Shown one piece after another: positions 37,521 through 47,799 of a DNA stretch of 64,000 bases. The stretch's first letter is position 1. Every line of letters starts with the position of its first letter. The position numbers and the translations under genes were made by a program. The stretch comes from an uncultured Hyphomicrobiales bacterium (lineage in GTDB: Bacteria; Bacteroidota; Ignavibacteria; Kapaibacteriales; UBA2268): NCBI GenBank assembly GCA_964513465.1, contig CAZEMR010000001.1, positions 377 to 64,376 on the forward strand, given 5' to 3'. The notes beneath the pieces were generated by a model that did not search any database, was not told the DNA's origin, and was given only the letters and a program-made list of their open reading frames with translations.

Positions 37521-38858
37521 TTAATCCAGAGAAAACACAATTTCTTTGTAAACTTCACCGCGATGCTCGTAATTCATGAACATATCGAAGGATTTGCAGG
37601 CCGGTGTGAACAGCACAACATCTCCGTAATCGGCCAGTTCGCGTGCCTCACGGACGGCATCTGCCAGCGAATCCGCCTTGATGCAGCGCCTCCTGGTGCA
37701 GAAATAATTAAATATTGCGTCGCGTTCCTCGCCGATAGCAACGATTGCCTTGACGTTCTGATCGACCGCTTCGGCGAGCTGAGAATACTCATTGTTGTCG
37801 CCGCGTCCGCCTGCAATCCAGATAACAGGCCGCCTGTAGCTTCGCAGGGCATACCATGTGGCGTTTACGTTCGTTGCTTTTGAATCATTAATATAATCCA
37901 CGCCTTCGAACGTACGGACGAATTCGAGTCGGTGCTCGACACCAGCGAATTTCATCAGGCTGTCGCGGATATTTTCGTTGCTGACCTCGAATGCGCGGGC
38001 CGCAAGCGCTGCGGCCATTGAATTATAGGCGTTGTGTACGCCCGGAATTTTAATTTCTTCGAATAGCATAATTGTCTCCCCTTCATGCTGCTTATCACTA
38101 ATAATGTTCATTCTGCCGCCCACGTTGCGGATCCCCCAATCCACATGCGACTCCATCGAAAAATATGCAATCCGGGCGCGGCTTTTTGCAGCCATAGCCC
38201 GGCAGGTTTCGTCGTCGAAATTCAGTATTAAAAGATCATCTTTGGTCTGATTTTTGGTAATTTTTAATTTGGCTTCGATATATTTTTCCATCGAACCATG
38301 ATAGCCGATATGATCCGGTGTGATATTGGTAATAATCGCCACATCCGGCCGGAAATCGACGATGCGGTCGAGCTGGAAGCTGCTGACCTCGGCCACCACG
38401 ATTGTGTCCGGTTCGAGCCGGTCGACAACAGCCGAGAGCGCAGTGCCGATATTGCCCACTGCAATGGCCTTTCTGCACGAATTTCGCAGCAGGAATTCCG
38501 TAAGAGCGGTGGTTGTGGTTTTGCCATTGGTTCCAGTGATAGCGATAATCGGATTATTAATCTGCGCGGCGGCGAATTCGAGTTCGCTGATGATAGAAAT
38601 GCCGCGGCTTTCGGCTTCGAGAATGACAGGCGCGGTGGGTGGAATGCCCGGCGAAGCAATTATTACGTCGCAGTCGTAGCATTTATCCGAATTCCCCCCG
38701 AATTCGGCTTCAATGCCTGCTTTGTCAAGTGCATCGGCTGCGGCTTCTGTTTCGCCGCGCGGTTTGGCTTCTGATACGAAGACGTCATGGCCGCGTCCGG
38801 CTGCCAGAATAGCAGCAGCCACCCCGCTGCGGGCGGCCCCGATAACGGTGTATTTCAT
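37521..38858 (-). CDS. murD: UDP-N-acetylmuramoyl-L-alanine--D-glutamate ligase
   Basis: 445 aa; Mur ligase P-loop ITGTNGKTTT, NITPDHIGYHGSME, DSKATNVNA. Confidence 0.9.
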   Translation of the reverse strand: MKYTVIGAARSGVAAAILAAGRGHDVFVSEAKPRGETEAAADALDKAGIEAEFGGNSDKCYDCDVIIASPGIPPTAPVILEAESRGISIISELEFAAAQINNPIIAITGTNGKTTTTALTEFLLRNSCRKAIAVGNIGTALSAVVDRLEPDTIVVAEVSSFQLDRIVDFRPDVAIITNITPDHIGYHGSMEKYIEAKLKITKNQTKDDLLILNFDDETCRAMAAKSRARIAYFSMESHVDWGIRNVGGRMNIISDKQHEGETIMLFEEIKIPGVHNAYNSMAAALAARAFEVSNENIRDSLMKFAGVEHRLEFVRTFEGVDYINDSKATNVNATWYALRSYRRPVIWIAGGRGDNNEYSQLAEAVDQNVKAIVAIGEERDAIFNYFCTRRRCIKADSLADAVREARELADYGDVVLFTPACKSFDMFMNYEHRGEVYKEIVFSLD

Positions 38859-39163
38859 TAAAAATCTCTGAAGTTAGTTTTTTACTTTACGCTGCATTAA
38901 ACACTACTACAAACATAATATAAAATTCATTTATTTCCGAATTTTGTGGATAAGTTGTGCGAATTTGGCTATCTCATAAAAAAATATAGATTTTCGCCTG
39001 TGTTTTTCAATGACTCTTTAAGGGAGTAATCGCCACGATTATACCCCTTTATGTATTATTATCTTTATTATTAAAATAAATATTTGTATCTTTTATTTCA
39101 TCGAACATAATCCGTATCACCCGATAAATAATCATGTTCAATTAAGCATTCCGGAATAGTCTT

Positions 39164-40558
39164 ATGAAAACACGCACCGAGAAAGACTCCATGGGCGAAA
39201 TCAGCGTACCAGCCAATGTATATTGGGGCGCCCAGTCCGCACGCTCTTTAATCCATTTTGCAATCGGCACCGAAAAAATGCCCCGCGAAGTTATCCGCGC
39301 TATGGGTATCCTTAAAAAAGCAGCCGCAATTGTCAATGCCGACCTCGGCAAGCTGCCAAAAGACAAAGCCGAGCTTATCATCAAAGCCGCCGACGAAGTC
39401 ATCGAAGGCAAGCTCGACGAGCATTTCCCGCTTTCGATATGGCAGACCGGCTCGGGCACCCAGTCCAATATGAACACCAACGAAGTGATTGCCAACCGCG
39501 CTATCGAAATGGCCGGAGGCGAGATGGGCTCCAAATCGCCCGTCCATCCCAATGATGATGTTAACAAATCGCAAAGCTCCAATGATACTTTCCCCACAGC
39601 GATGCACATCGCTGCTGCTGAAGACCTAAACAAACGTCTGCTGCCCGCGCTGGCAATGCTCCGCACAACGCTCAACCAGAAAGCCGATGAATTCAAGGAC
39701 ATCATTAAAGTGGGGCGCACCCATCTGATGGACGCCGTTCCGCTTTCGCTGGGGCAGGAGTTTTCGGGATATGTCCAGCAGCTCGATAACGCAATCGAGC
39801 GCGTCAATCTCGTATTGCCGCATATATATCAGCTCGCGCTTGGCGGAACAGCCGTCGGCACAGGTCTTAACACGCATTCGGAATTTGCAGACAGGGCAGC
39901 CAAAGAAATCGCAGATATGACCAGTCTGCCGTTTATCAGCGCGCCGAATAAATTCGAGGCGCTTGCCGCGCACGACGCATTGGTATTTGCCCACGGCGCC
40001 CTCAAAACCATCGCAGCATCGCTTATGAAGCTGGCTAACGATATCCGCTGGCTGGCCTCGGGTCCGCGCTGCGGCATCGGCGAGCTTATCATCCCGGCCA
40101 ACGAGCCCGGATCGTCAATCATGCCCGGCAAGGTCAATCCCACGCAGTCTGAGGCAATGACGATGGTCGCGGCCCAGGTAATGGGCAACGACGCAACGAT
40201 CAATTTTGCGGGATCGCAGGGCAATTTCGAGCTGAATGTTTTCAAGCCCGTTATGATATATAATTTCCTGCAAAGCTCGCGCCTCTTGTCGGATACCTGT
40301 ATGATGTTCAATAACCACTGCGCGGCCGGTATCGAGCCCAACAAAGAGAAAATTCAGTATTATCTCGAAAATACTCTCATGCTGGTGACGGCTCTCAATC
40401 CGCATATTGGATACGACAACGCAGCAAAGATCGCCAAGCATGCGCACAGCACCGGCGGAACGCTCCGCGAAGCCGCTATCGAGCTTGGAATATTGACCGG
40501 CGAGGAATTCGACGAGAAAGTCAGGCCGGAGAATATGCTCGGCCCGAATGTGAAATAA
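39164..40558 (+). CDS. fumC: class II fumarate hydratase
   Basis: 464 aa; signature [16 protein letters not shown]; [16 protein letters not shown]; [12 protein letters not shown]. Confidence 0.92.
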   Translation: MKTRTEKDSMGEISVPANVYWGAQSARSLIHFAIGTEKMPREVIRAMGILKKAAAIVNADLGKLPKDKAELIIKAADEVIEGKLDEHFPLSIWQTGSGTQSNMNTNEVIANRAIEMAGGEMGSKSPVHPNDDVNKSQSSNDTFPTAMHIAAAEDLNKRLLPALAMLRTTLNQKADEFKDIIKVGRTHLMDAVPLSLGQEFSGYVQQLDNAIERVNLVLPHIYQLALGGTAVGTGLNTHSEFADRAAKEIADMTSLPFISAPNKFEALAAHDALVFAHGALKTIAASLMKLANDIRWLASGPRCGIGELIIPANEPGSSIMPGKVNPTQSEAMTMVAAQVMGNDATINFAGSQGNFELNVFKPVMIYNFLQSSRLLSDTCMMFNNHCAAGIEPNKEKIQYYLENTLMLVTALNPHIGYDNAAKIAKHAHSTGGTLREAAIELGILTGEEFDEKVRPENMLGPNVK

Positions 40559-40580
40559 TTGACGATTTGTACATATATAA

Positions 40581-40610
40581 GGGGCGGCGCAATGTCGCCC
40601 CATATTTATT
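40581..40610 (+). terminator. possible terminator after fumC
   Basis: GGGGCG / CGCCCC stem with 9-nt loop, followed by ATATTTATT (weak T-tract). Confidence 0.45.
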
Positions 40611-40628
40611 AATATTAGGAATTGAAAG

Positions 40629-41645
40629 ATGAATTTCCGCAAAGATTTTTCGCTGAGAAAATATAATACATTCGCCGTAGATGCAAAGGCCGCATTATTC
40701 GCCGAAGCCACAAATAATACCGAGCTGAAAAGCATAATCGAAAGCCCGGAATTCCACGAAAATCAGGTGCTGATAATAGGCGAGGGGTCGAATCTGCTGT
40801 TTACTAAGGACTTCCCCGGAATTGTTATATATATAAATCTTCGCGGAATGCATATGGTCGAGATCGATGCAGATTTCGTCGTCATGGAGGCCGCGGCAGG
40901 GGAGAACTGGCACGAATTCGTGGATATCTGCGTCAAAAATCGCTATTATGGACTGGAAAATCTGGCGCTTATCCCGGGTAAAGTTGGTGCGGCTCCCGTG
41001 CAGAACATTGGCGCATACGGAGTCGAGCAAAAGGATTTCTTCCATTCGCTCAGCGGAATAGATATCGAATCCGGCGAAATACGGCATTTCGCGAAAGACG
41101 AATGCCGTTTCGGCTACCGCGATTCGATATTCAAAAACGAATTGAGGGATAAATTCATCGTCACCGCAGTGCGCTACCGCCTGCCCAAGCAATCAGCCCT
41201 GAATCTCAGCTATCACGAGCTGAAAAGCGAAGTCGAGAAATTCGTTGTCGTCAAACCCGATGCCCGCTACGTATTCGAGACGGTCTGTCACCTGCGTCAG
41301 CGGAAAATACCAAATCCGCAGGCAATCCCCAATGCCGGCAGCTTTTTCAAGAATCCTGTCATCGATATGCAACTGTTCAATGAAATCAAAAAAGATTATC
41401 CGCAAATTGCTTCATTCGCAGCCGACCCAGGCAATATGAAGATTTCCGCCGGCTGGCTGATTGAGCAGTGCGGCTGGAAGGGCCGCTCCGTTGGCGACGC
41501 CGCCGTTTACGAAAATCACGCACTGATACTTATCAATCGCGGGAATGCCAGTGGCAGCGACATACTGCAGCTTTCGCGGGATATTCAGGATTCCGTCGAA
41601 GAGAAATTCCGTATCAGACTTCAGCCGGAAGTCCGGATTATATAA
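40629..41645 (+). CDS. murB: UDP-N-acetylmuramate dehydrogenase
   Basis: 338 aa; long-form MurB: NTFAVDAKA, IIGEGSNLLF, GAAPVQNIGAYG, NAGSFFKNP, GWLIEQCGWKG, PEVRII end. Confidence 0.9.
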   Translation: MNFRKDFSLRKYNTFAVDAKAALFAEATNNTELKSIIESPEFHENQVLIIGEGSNLLFTKDFPGIVIYINLRGMHMVEIDADFVVMEAAAGENWHEFVDICVKNRYYGLENLALIPGKVGAAPVQNIGAYGVEQKDFFHSLSGIDIESGEIRHFAKDECRFGYRDSIFKNELRDKFIVTAVRYRLPKQSALNLSYHELKSEVEKFVVVKPDARYVFETVCHLRQRKIPNPQAIPNAGSFFKNPVIDMQLFNEIKKDYPQIASFAADPGNMKISAGWLIEQCGWKGRSVGDAAVYENHALILINRGNASGSDILQLSRDIQDSVEEKFRIRLQPEVRII

Positions 41646-42098
41646 TTATTTTTTCGATAGCTTAATCGCAAGAACCGGACAGTCTGCCTTGCGGATGACT
41701 TTCTCGGTAGTGCTGCCTATCATCAGATGCTCGAATCCGCTGCGGCCATGAGTTCCGATGCAGATAACATCCACCCGATGATCTTTTGTGTATTTCAGAA
41801 TGGCTTCATCCGATTTGCCCTGCAGCACAACAGAATCACAAATGATGTCATCTTTTTCGAAGTCCTTGATGTATTCCCGGAGCTTCTTATTAGCATCATC
41901 GATGTGGCGCTGTCTTAGCTCCTCCATCGCGGACTGCGACAGCCCGATGTTGATCGGATAAGTGGTCAGCTCGATCACATGCAGGAAATGCACGCGGGCG
42001 TCATCGCTGTTTTTGGCAAGCTCGCGGGCATAATCGAAAGCCGCGCGGGATTCTTTGGAAAAATCAGTAGGGACAAGAATATTTTTAAATTTCAGCAT
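41646..42098 (-). CDS. universal stress protein (UspA family)
   Basis: 150 aa; ILVPTDFS...HFLHV...ICIGTHGRSGFEHLMIGSTTEKVIRKADCPVLAI. Confidence 0.8.
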   Translation of the reverse strand: MLKFKNILVPTDFSKESRAAFDYARELAKNSDDARVHFLHVIELTTYPINIGLSQSAMEELRQRHIDDANKKLREYIKDFEKDDIICDSVVLQGKSDEAILKYTKDHRVDVICIGTHGRSGFEHLMIGSTTEKVIRKADCPVLAIKLSKK

Positions 42099-42155
42099 AA
42101 ATCCTCACTTTTATTCGAAAAGCTTTATAATTATAAACGTATCAGCGGCAGATTA

Positions 42156-45100
42156 TTAAGGAATAATCATGATTTTTTTCAGATCGGTCGTTACAAACCT
42201 GCCATCCGATGGCGATTCGACTTTATATAAATATACTCCCGGCTCGAGTCTGGCGCCGCGATTGTCCTTACCATTCCATTCAACCCCGCCATTGCCATCG
42301 GTTTCGGTCAGAGTCCGGAGCAATTCGCCGTTGATTTTCATTATATATACTTTTGATTGATTGGGAATATTCGCAAAATAAATATTATCCATTTTATCGA
42401 ATTTAATCGGATGCGGATATACATACGGATCGGGCCGCTCGGGTGAAAACACGAAGCCCAGGGTATTACCCGGCCCTGTGGTGATCCCGCGGCCGCTTGC
42501 CGAGTTGACATTGCTGACCGTGATCGTATAATTTCTGCCACGAGCAAGAGTTCCGACGAATCCGCTTATCGAGAGATCGACCGCCGACGAATTATCGCTT
42601 GCCACAGTTGCGGATATAATTTCGCCGATCGGTTGCAAATCGTAATTTGAGGGAGTCTGCGCTCCGGCCGGATCGACCGGCTCTGAATAAATTATGCGAA
42701 TATTATTTTGCGGAATATTTGTGATAAGCTGCTTCAGATATAATTCTTTCGGTTCATCCGGAAATTCTACATTAACATCCAGCTCCCCGGCGATAGTCGG
42801 CGAATCATAAAAATCCGGGAAAATGCCGGCATGTAGGGTATATGATCCATCGGCGATTTCTCCGCTGAATACCAGAGTCACCGAAGTATCGGTCGAAGGA
42901 ATCGCCGAGCGGGGATAAATCGCAAATCCCGCGCGGGGCTCAAGCCGGAACTTCAGCGACGGGATGCTCAGATTGGCCAGCTTGCCGTCGTAAGAAACAA
43001 TGATTTCGCGATGGCCAGAGGCTGTTGCCGCAGCCGGCCTAATAGGGTCATGCGTATATATCTCAATTACATTCGAAAAATTACTTGCCGCCGGATTAAG
43101 CGAATTATTCACCGCCCGCACAGTAAAATTGTGATAATCATTCGGCGCCAGGTCCGGTGCTGTAAACTCCGTTGTGTCGGTATCTCCGAGAAGAGTGACT
43201 GTTGGCTGCGGCCCGGAGAAATCGACCGAATACACCTCGTATTCCTCCGCATCAGGCGATGCCTCCCAGTGGATCAGCGCTGTTGTGGCATCGGTCGCAT
43301 AACCTTCTATGCCGGTGGGTCGACCGGGGCCTTCGTAGTCTTTTTCGAATTCATAGAAATATGTATCAAATCCCGTCGAGAAACCGAATTCGTTAATCCC
43401 ATTTTTATCAAAATCATATACTACTGCCGCATTGCTGAATGAATTCGGATATCGCCAGATCGTTTTCAGCCGTTTTTGCGAATCATCCCATTTAAATATA
43501 TATAAATCCGGAAAAGTTGCGGCGATAATCTCGTCAGTGCCATCGGCGTCAATATCTCCCGCCGAGAATCCATTGCGGTAGCCCACGCCCGTCCGGCCTC
43601 CCCATATAAAGTCCTCCCAGACATATTCATACTGATTCGGGCCTTTGCTTTTCAGTAATCTCAGCCGCCACATAGCTTTGCTGTCGTCCGGATAGTTCTT
43701 GAACAGCAGGTCGGAGCCGTAAATCGCGGAGAAAATTTCGGGCGAACCGTCGCCGTCAACATCCGCCGAAGCGAGAAACTGATTTGTAAAGTCAACTCCG
43801 TTAGAATCAATAAATTCACGCGAAAAATTGCCATTTTTATATTCATATATATATAAATACCCGCGGCTGCTGCCATGGCAAAGCTCGATATTCCCGTCGC
43901 CGTCGAAATCGCCGATAGCATGGCCCGGGAAGGTGCCGATATATTTGAACTTGCCTTCGCTGGTGGCGATAGCGAGTGGCTGATATGCGCCCTGGGCGAA
44001 AGTATATGCGATAAATGATGTGTCGGAGTATGCGATGATTTCGTCAAGGCCGTCGCCGGTCAGGTCATACATCGTTGCCGCCCAGAAATTTCTATAAATC
44101 TGATCGGCAAATATTATCGATTCGAATGGATTGCCGCCAGGGTTAGTCGATTGATACAGCCGGGTCATAGCATCCGTAAAAGCGAGAATCTCCGGGATGC
44201 CGTCGCCGTTGGACTCGCCCATGCCGGCGGGTATCCAGCTTTCGTAAGATTCGTCTTTTTCCGTAAAATCGCCATCCGCGAATTCGAATGTTTTAATATT
44301 ATTCCAGAAGTAATTTGTTAATTCATTAAGCGCAATCACCGGCTGTCCGGGCTGGTATAAATCCGCCACCTGGGGGCACAGATAACCGGGCGGCAGCGAA
44401 TAATCTTTTCGCGCAAACTGCCCGGTTACGACTTTTTCGTCCGGCAGCGCAAAAGTAAACGAGCGGCTGATCGTATCGCCATTCTGCAATCGTGCGACTG
44501 CAATAGCTTCGTAGGCAATTCCCGGCTCTGCTCTGTCGAGCAGCAGCAGATGATTGCGTGTCATAAATTCTTTTTCGCTCGCGGAATGATATTCATCGGT
44601 CGAATTTTCCGGGCGATACATAATCGATAGCTGCGACCTCATAGAAGTGGCCGCTGCCACAGCGGGGAGTCGCTTCTCGCGATTTAGCGCTTCGAACTGG
44701 CGGAAGCTGACGAATTCATTCGAAGAATTATCCGAATATAAATAAATATTAATCCGCTCCTCGATCGTGTTATTATTTTTCAAATAGGCCAGAACGCGCA
44801 CGGTATAAACGGTATCTCGCAATCCGGCAGTTGATATTTTGGCAATTGTGTCATTCTTTACCGTAAAACCCTCGTTTATAAAAGACCAGGGATCAAGTTT
44901 GTCGGAGGCCGGCCTGGGATTGATGCCTTCGCCGATATATATTTCAATTTTATCAAGCAGGGGAGTGGCAATCGTGCCGATTATCGGAATTTCGGTGGAC
45001 AGATCGCGGCTGAATTCATCTTCATTTTTGGGATAATCAATTACGATTTCCGTAATCCCTCTGAATTCAAGCAATTTGGCAGCGTCAAGTATTCCACTTG

Positions 45101-46445
45101 CGAAATACTGATCCCAACCGCTTTCACCGGCGTCACGAGCGCTTGCTCGAAGCAAACCACGAACCTCCTGTGGCGTAAAATCAGGATTATTCTGAAGCAA
45201 TAGCGCCGCGGCTCCGGAAACATGCGGCGCCGCAAGCGAAGTGCCGGTCGCCGGACGATATCCGCCGCCGAGATTTGTTGTAATGATATTCACGCCGGGG
45301 GCAGTCAGATCGAGATGCGATCCGTAATTGCTGCGCCAATCTCGAAGGCCATCGCTGTTCACCGCTCCCACGCTGATGACATTGTCATGATCCGAAGGAA
45401 AATGCCGTCGGTCCCAGCCATTATTGCCTGATGAGGACACCATCACGCAGCCCATCGATGCGGCAAAGTCGATAGCATCCTGCATGATTGACGATACATA
45501 TGGCTCGCCGAAGCTGAAATTTATAACATCGGCTCCCTGCAATGCGCAGTATACGATAGCCTGGGCGATGTCGTCCGCTTCGCCTGCGCCATTGGCGTCC
45601 AGTCCGCGGGCGGTCAGAATTTTTGAATTATAAGCAATTCCTGCAATCCCGATTTTATTATTCCGTTCTGCGGCGATTACACCGGATACTATCGTGCCAT
45701 GGCTGTGCTCGTCGGCTGGCAGTGGGTCGCGTCCCGAGGCGTCGCCAAGATTACGAACGTCCTGATTCACAAAATCATAGCCGATTACGTCGTCCGGGTA
45801 GCCATTGCCGTCGTCGTCGATGCCGTTTAGGTCGCCGGCGACGCCATCTCGTGATTCGGAGCTGCTCCACGGATCGAAACGCCCATTGCCGTTGATGTCT
45901 TCCTGCGGATTAATATATAAATTATTTTTAAGGTCGGGATGCTCCCAGTCGATACCTGTATCGACGACGCCCACCAGCACTCCATCGCCCGAAGCCCGCT
46001 GCCAGGCCTCCTCGATATTGATTGCACCGAGCCCCCATTGATATTTATATGCCGAGTCATTCGGGGCAAGACCGATTTGCTCGGTGTGATATAAATAATT
46101 GGGTTCAATAGAGATAACGCCGTCGGTGGATGTGATTTCGGAGATAATATCCTGAATTGATCGCCCCGGCACCGTTTCGATGATATAATATCCCGAAAGC
46201 TTGTCGAGTGCGCGGTTCTGCACGGCGGATAGCGGCGAATCGCGATTGATTTTAATACGATCGGAAAGTAAGTTATCGAATACATTAATCATTTCCGGGA
46301 ACTGGCTCTGCAATTTTTGTTTTGCGTCCGATCCCGGCCGGATTTTGATTATATAGGATTCCGCAATAGCGGGCATAAAAGAAATCATTAACAACAGCGC
46401 CCATGCGGCGATGAATTTTCCGTATTTTGATAAATCAGCTTTCAA
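42156..46445 (-). CDS. very large secreted S8 (subtilisin-family) peptidase with FG-GAP/VCBS-like repeats, FN3-like and Ig-like modules, and a T9SS/FlgD-Ig-like C-terminal domain
   Basis: 1429 aa; signal peptide; catalytic triad contexts VGVVDTGID, HGTIVSG, GTSLAAPHVSG; repeated DxDGDG motifs (GDFDGDGNIE, ADVDGDGSPE, GDIDADGTDE); C-terminal VYPHP...GVYLYKV tail. Confidence 0.85.
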   Translation of the reverse strand: MKADLSKYGKFIAAWALLLMISFMPAIAESYIIKIRPGSDAKQKLQSQFPEMINVFDNLLSDRIKINRDSPLSAVQNRALDKLSGYYIIETVPGRSIQDIISEITSTDGVISIEPNYLYHTEQIGLAPNDSAYKYQWGLGAINIEEAWQRASGDGVLVGVVDTGIDWEHPDLKNNLYINPQEDINGNGRFDPWSSSESRDGVAGDLNGIDDDGNGYPDDVIGYDFVNQDVRNLGDASGRDPLPADEHSHGTIVSGVIAAERNNKIGIAGIAYNSKILTARGLDANGAGEADDIAQAIVYCALQGADVINFSFGEPYVSSIMQDAIDFAASMGCVMVSSSGNNGWDRRHFPSDHDNVISVGAVNSDGLRDWRSNYGSHLDLTAPGVNIITTNLGGGYRPATGTSLAAPHVSGAAALLLQNNPDFTPQEVRGLLRASARDAGESGWDQYFASGILDAAKLLEFRGITEIVIDYPKNEDEFSRDLSTEIPIIGTIATPLLDKIEIYIGEGINPRPASDKLDPWSFINEGFTVKNDTIAKISTAGLRDTVYTVRVLAYLKNNNTIEERINIYLYSDNSSNEFVSFRQFEALNREKRLPAVAAATSMRSQLSIMYRPENSTDEYHSASEKEFMTRNHLLLLDRAEPGIAYEAIAVARLQNGDTISRSFTFALPDEKVVTGQFARKDYSLPPGYLCPQVADLYQPGQPVIALNELTNYFWNNIKTFEFADGDFTEKDESYESWIPAGMGESNGDGIPEILAFTDAMTRLYQSTNPGGNPFESIIFADQIYRNFWAATMYDLTGDGLDEIIAYSDTSFIAYTFAQGAYQPLAIATSEGKFKYIGTFPGHAIGDFDGDGNIELCHGSSRGYLYIYEYKNGNFSREFIDSNGVDFTNQFLASADVDGDGSPEIFSAIYGSDLLFKNYPDDSKAMWRLRLLKSKGPNQYEYVWEDFIWGGRTGVGYRNGFSAGDIDADGTDEIIAATFPDLYIFKWDDSQKRLKTIWRYPNSFSNAAVVYDFDKNGINEFGFSTGFDTYFYEFEKDYEGPGRPTGIEGYATDATTALIHWEASPDAEEYEVYSVDFSGPQPTVTLLGDTDTTEFTAPDLAPNDYHNFTVRAVNNSLNPAASNFSNVIEIYTHDPIRPAAATASGHREIIVSYDGKLANLSIPSLKFRLEPRAGFAIYPRSAIPSTDTSVTLVFSGEIADGSYTLHAGIFPDFYDSPTIAGELDVNVEFPDEPKELYLKQLITNIPQNNIRIIYSEPVDPAGAQTPSNYDLQPIGEIISATVASDNSSAVDLSISGFVGTLARGRNYTITVSNVNSASGRGITTGPGNTLGFVFSPERPDPYVYPHPIKFDKMDNIYFANIPNQSKVYIMKINGELLRTLTETDGNGGVEWNGKDNRGARLEPGVYLYKVESPSDGRFVTTDLKKIMIIP

Positions 46446-46487
46446 TATTAAGTCCGCAGTTTTAATAATTATATTAAATTAAATGAT

Positions 46488-47531
46488 TTATGTGGATTGT
46501 CTCTTCTTTTTCTTTTTGCGCGGAGCCCGCAGTGCACCGGGATCGACAGCAAAGTCCAGACGACGGAAATCTTCCGCGGACGCCTCGGCGAACCGCTTTT
46601 CGGCGATATAGCCGATCATCGCTGCGTTGTCCATACTAATCTGCATCTCGGGGGCGACGAATCCCATTCCGCGCTTTTCGCACGCTTCGGTCATCTTCCG
46701 TCGCAGCTCCGAATTGGCGGATACACCGCCGGCGATTACGACATTTTCCGCATTGCGGCTGACCGCGGCGTCAATCGTCTTTTTGACCAAAACATCTACG
46801 ATGGCAGACTGTACCGATGCGCACAGATCGGGCAGCTCAGATTCGGGCACGCCACTTGGGAATTCACGTTCGACGAAATACCTGACCGAGGTCTTAAGCC
46901 CGCTGAAGCTGAAATCGAAATTGCCGCTTCGGATCATCGACCGCGGGAATTCGTAGCGCTTCGGATTGCCCTGCCTGCCCAGCTTATCGATCAGCGGCCC
47001 GCCGGGATACTTTAGCCCGACCAGTTTTGCTATTTTGTCGAATGCTTCGCCCGCTGCGTCGTCGATAGTCGAGCCGAGAACTGAAAATTTCGAAAATGAT
47101 TCAACATAAAAAAGGGATGTATGACCGCCGCTCACAACAAGCGTCACAAACGGGAACTTCAGCCCCGGATTAGTCAGGCAGCCCGAATAAAGATGGCCTT
47201 CGATGTGATTGACCGGGATAATCGGCAGCCCGTATTTGATTGCCAGCCCCTTTGCAAAATTTGCGCCCACTACGAGCGATCCCACCAGGCCCGGCTCGCT
47301 GGTAACCGCGATTGCGTCAATTTCCTGTGTGGTTGTTTCTGCCGCTTTTAGGGCTTCTATGGTTATTTGATTGATTCTCTGCAAGTGAGCGCGGGAAGCC
47401 AGTTCGGGCACCACTCCGCCGAATTTGCTATGGAAAGTCTGAGATGATATAATATTGCTCAGAGTCCGCGAATCGCTGATAACAGCTGCGGAAGTCTCGT
47501 CGCAAGATGATTCGATTGCCAGAATTTTCAT
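46488..47531 (-). CDS. tsaD: tRNA N6-adenosine threonylcarbamoyltransferase
   Basis: 347 aa; ILAIESSCDETS, VNHIEGHL metal site, VSGGHT, IAGGVSAN; ends with a basic tail RAPRKKKKKRQST. Confidence 0.9.
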   Translation of the reverse strand: MKILAIESSCDETSAAVISDSRTLSNIISSQTFHSKFGGVVPELASRAHLQRINQITIEALKAAETTTQEIDAIAVTSEPGLVGSLVVGANFAKGLAIKYGLPIIPVNHIEGHLYSGCLTNPGLKFPFVTLVVSGGHTSLFYVESFSKFSVLGSTIDDAAGEAFDKIAKLVGLKYPGGPLIDKLGRQGNPKRYEFPRSMIRSGNFDFSFSGLKTSVRYFVEREFPSGVPESELPDLCASVQSAIVDVLVKKTIDAAVSRNAENVVIAGGVSANSELRRKMTEACEKRGMGFVAPEMQISMDNAAMIGYIAEKRFAEASAEDFRRLDFAVDPGALRAPRKKKKKRQST

Positions 47532-47601
47532 ATTTTGTTTGAAATAATTAAATAATTTACTTAATTAGCCGTAGTTAATATAAAATTTAGGAGAAACATA
47601 A

Positions 47602-47799
47602 ATGCCAAATCCGTTTACCGAACATCCGCGAGAAGTCGGCATGAGCTACTGGCAGCACGCCCGATTCGCTCTGAGTTTTACTTTCTGGATGATTGCAGGC
47701 GTATTCGCAAGCGTTATCCATGCTTTGCTGCCGTTTTTGTTTACGACGACAACCAGCGATATTATCAAAAAGCTGCACGCAAAAATCGCCGACCGCTGA
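47602..47799 (+). CDS. small membrane protein, DUF6356-like
   Basis: 65 aa; FTEHPREVGMSYWQHARFALSFTFWMIAGVFASVIHALLPFLF resembles that family as I remember it; AGGAGA 6 nt upstream of the ATG. Confidence 0.5.
   Translation: MPNPFTEHPREVGMSYWQHARFALSFTFWMIAGVFASVIHALLPFLFTTTTSDIIKKLHAKIADR

Noticed and set aside
38945-38953. A perfect DnaA box (TGTGGATAA, the complement of TTATCCACA) in the 305-bp AT-rich spacer between murD and fumC, considered as a possible oriC.
   Set aside because: There is only one perfect box and no cluster of boxes, and no dnaA, dnaN or other origin-linked genes are nearby. A single 9-mer match in 64 kb is not far from chance expectation.
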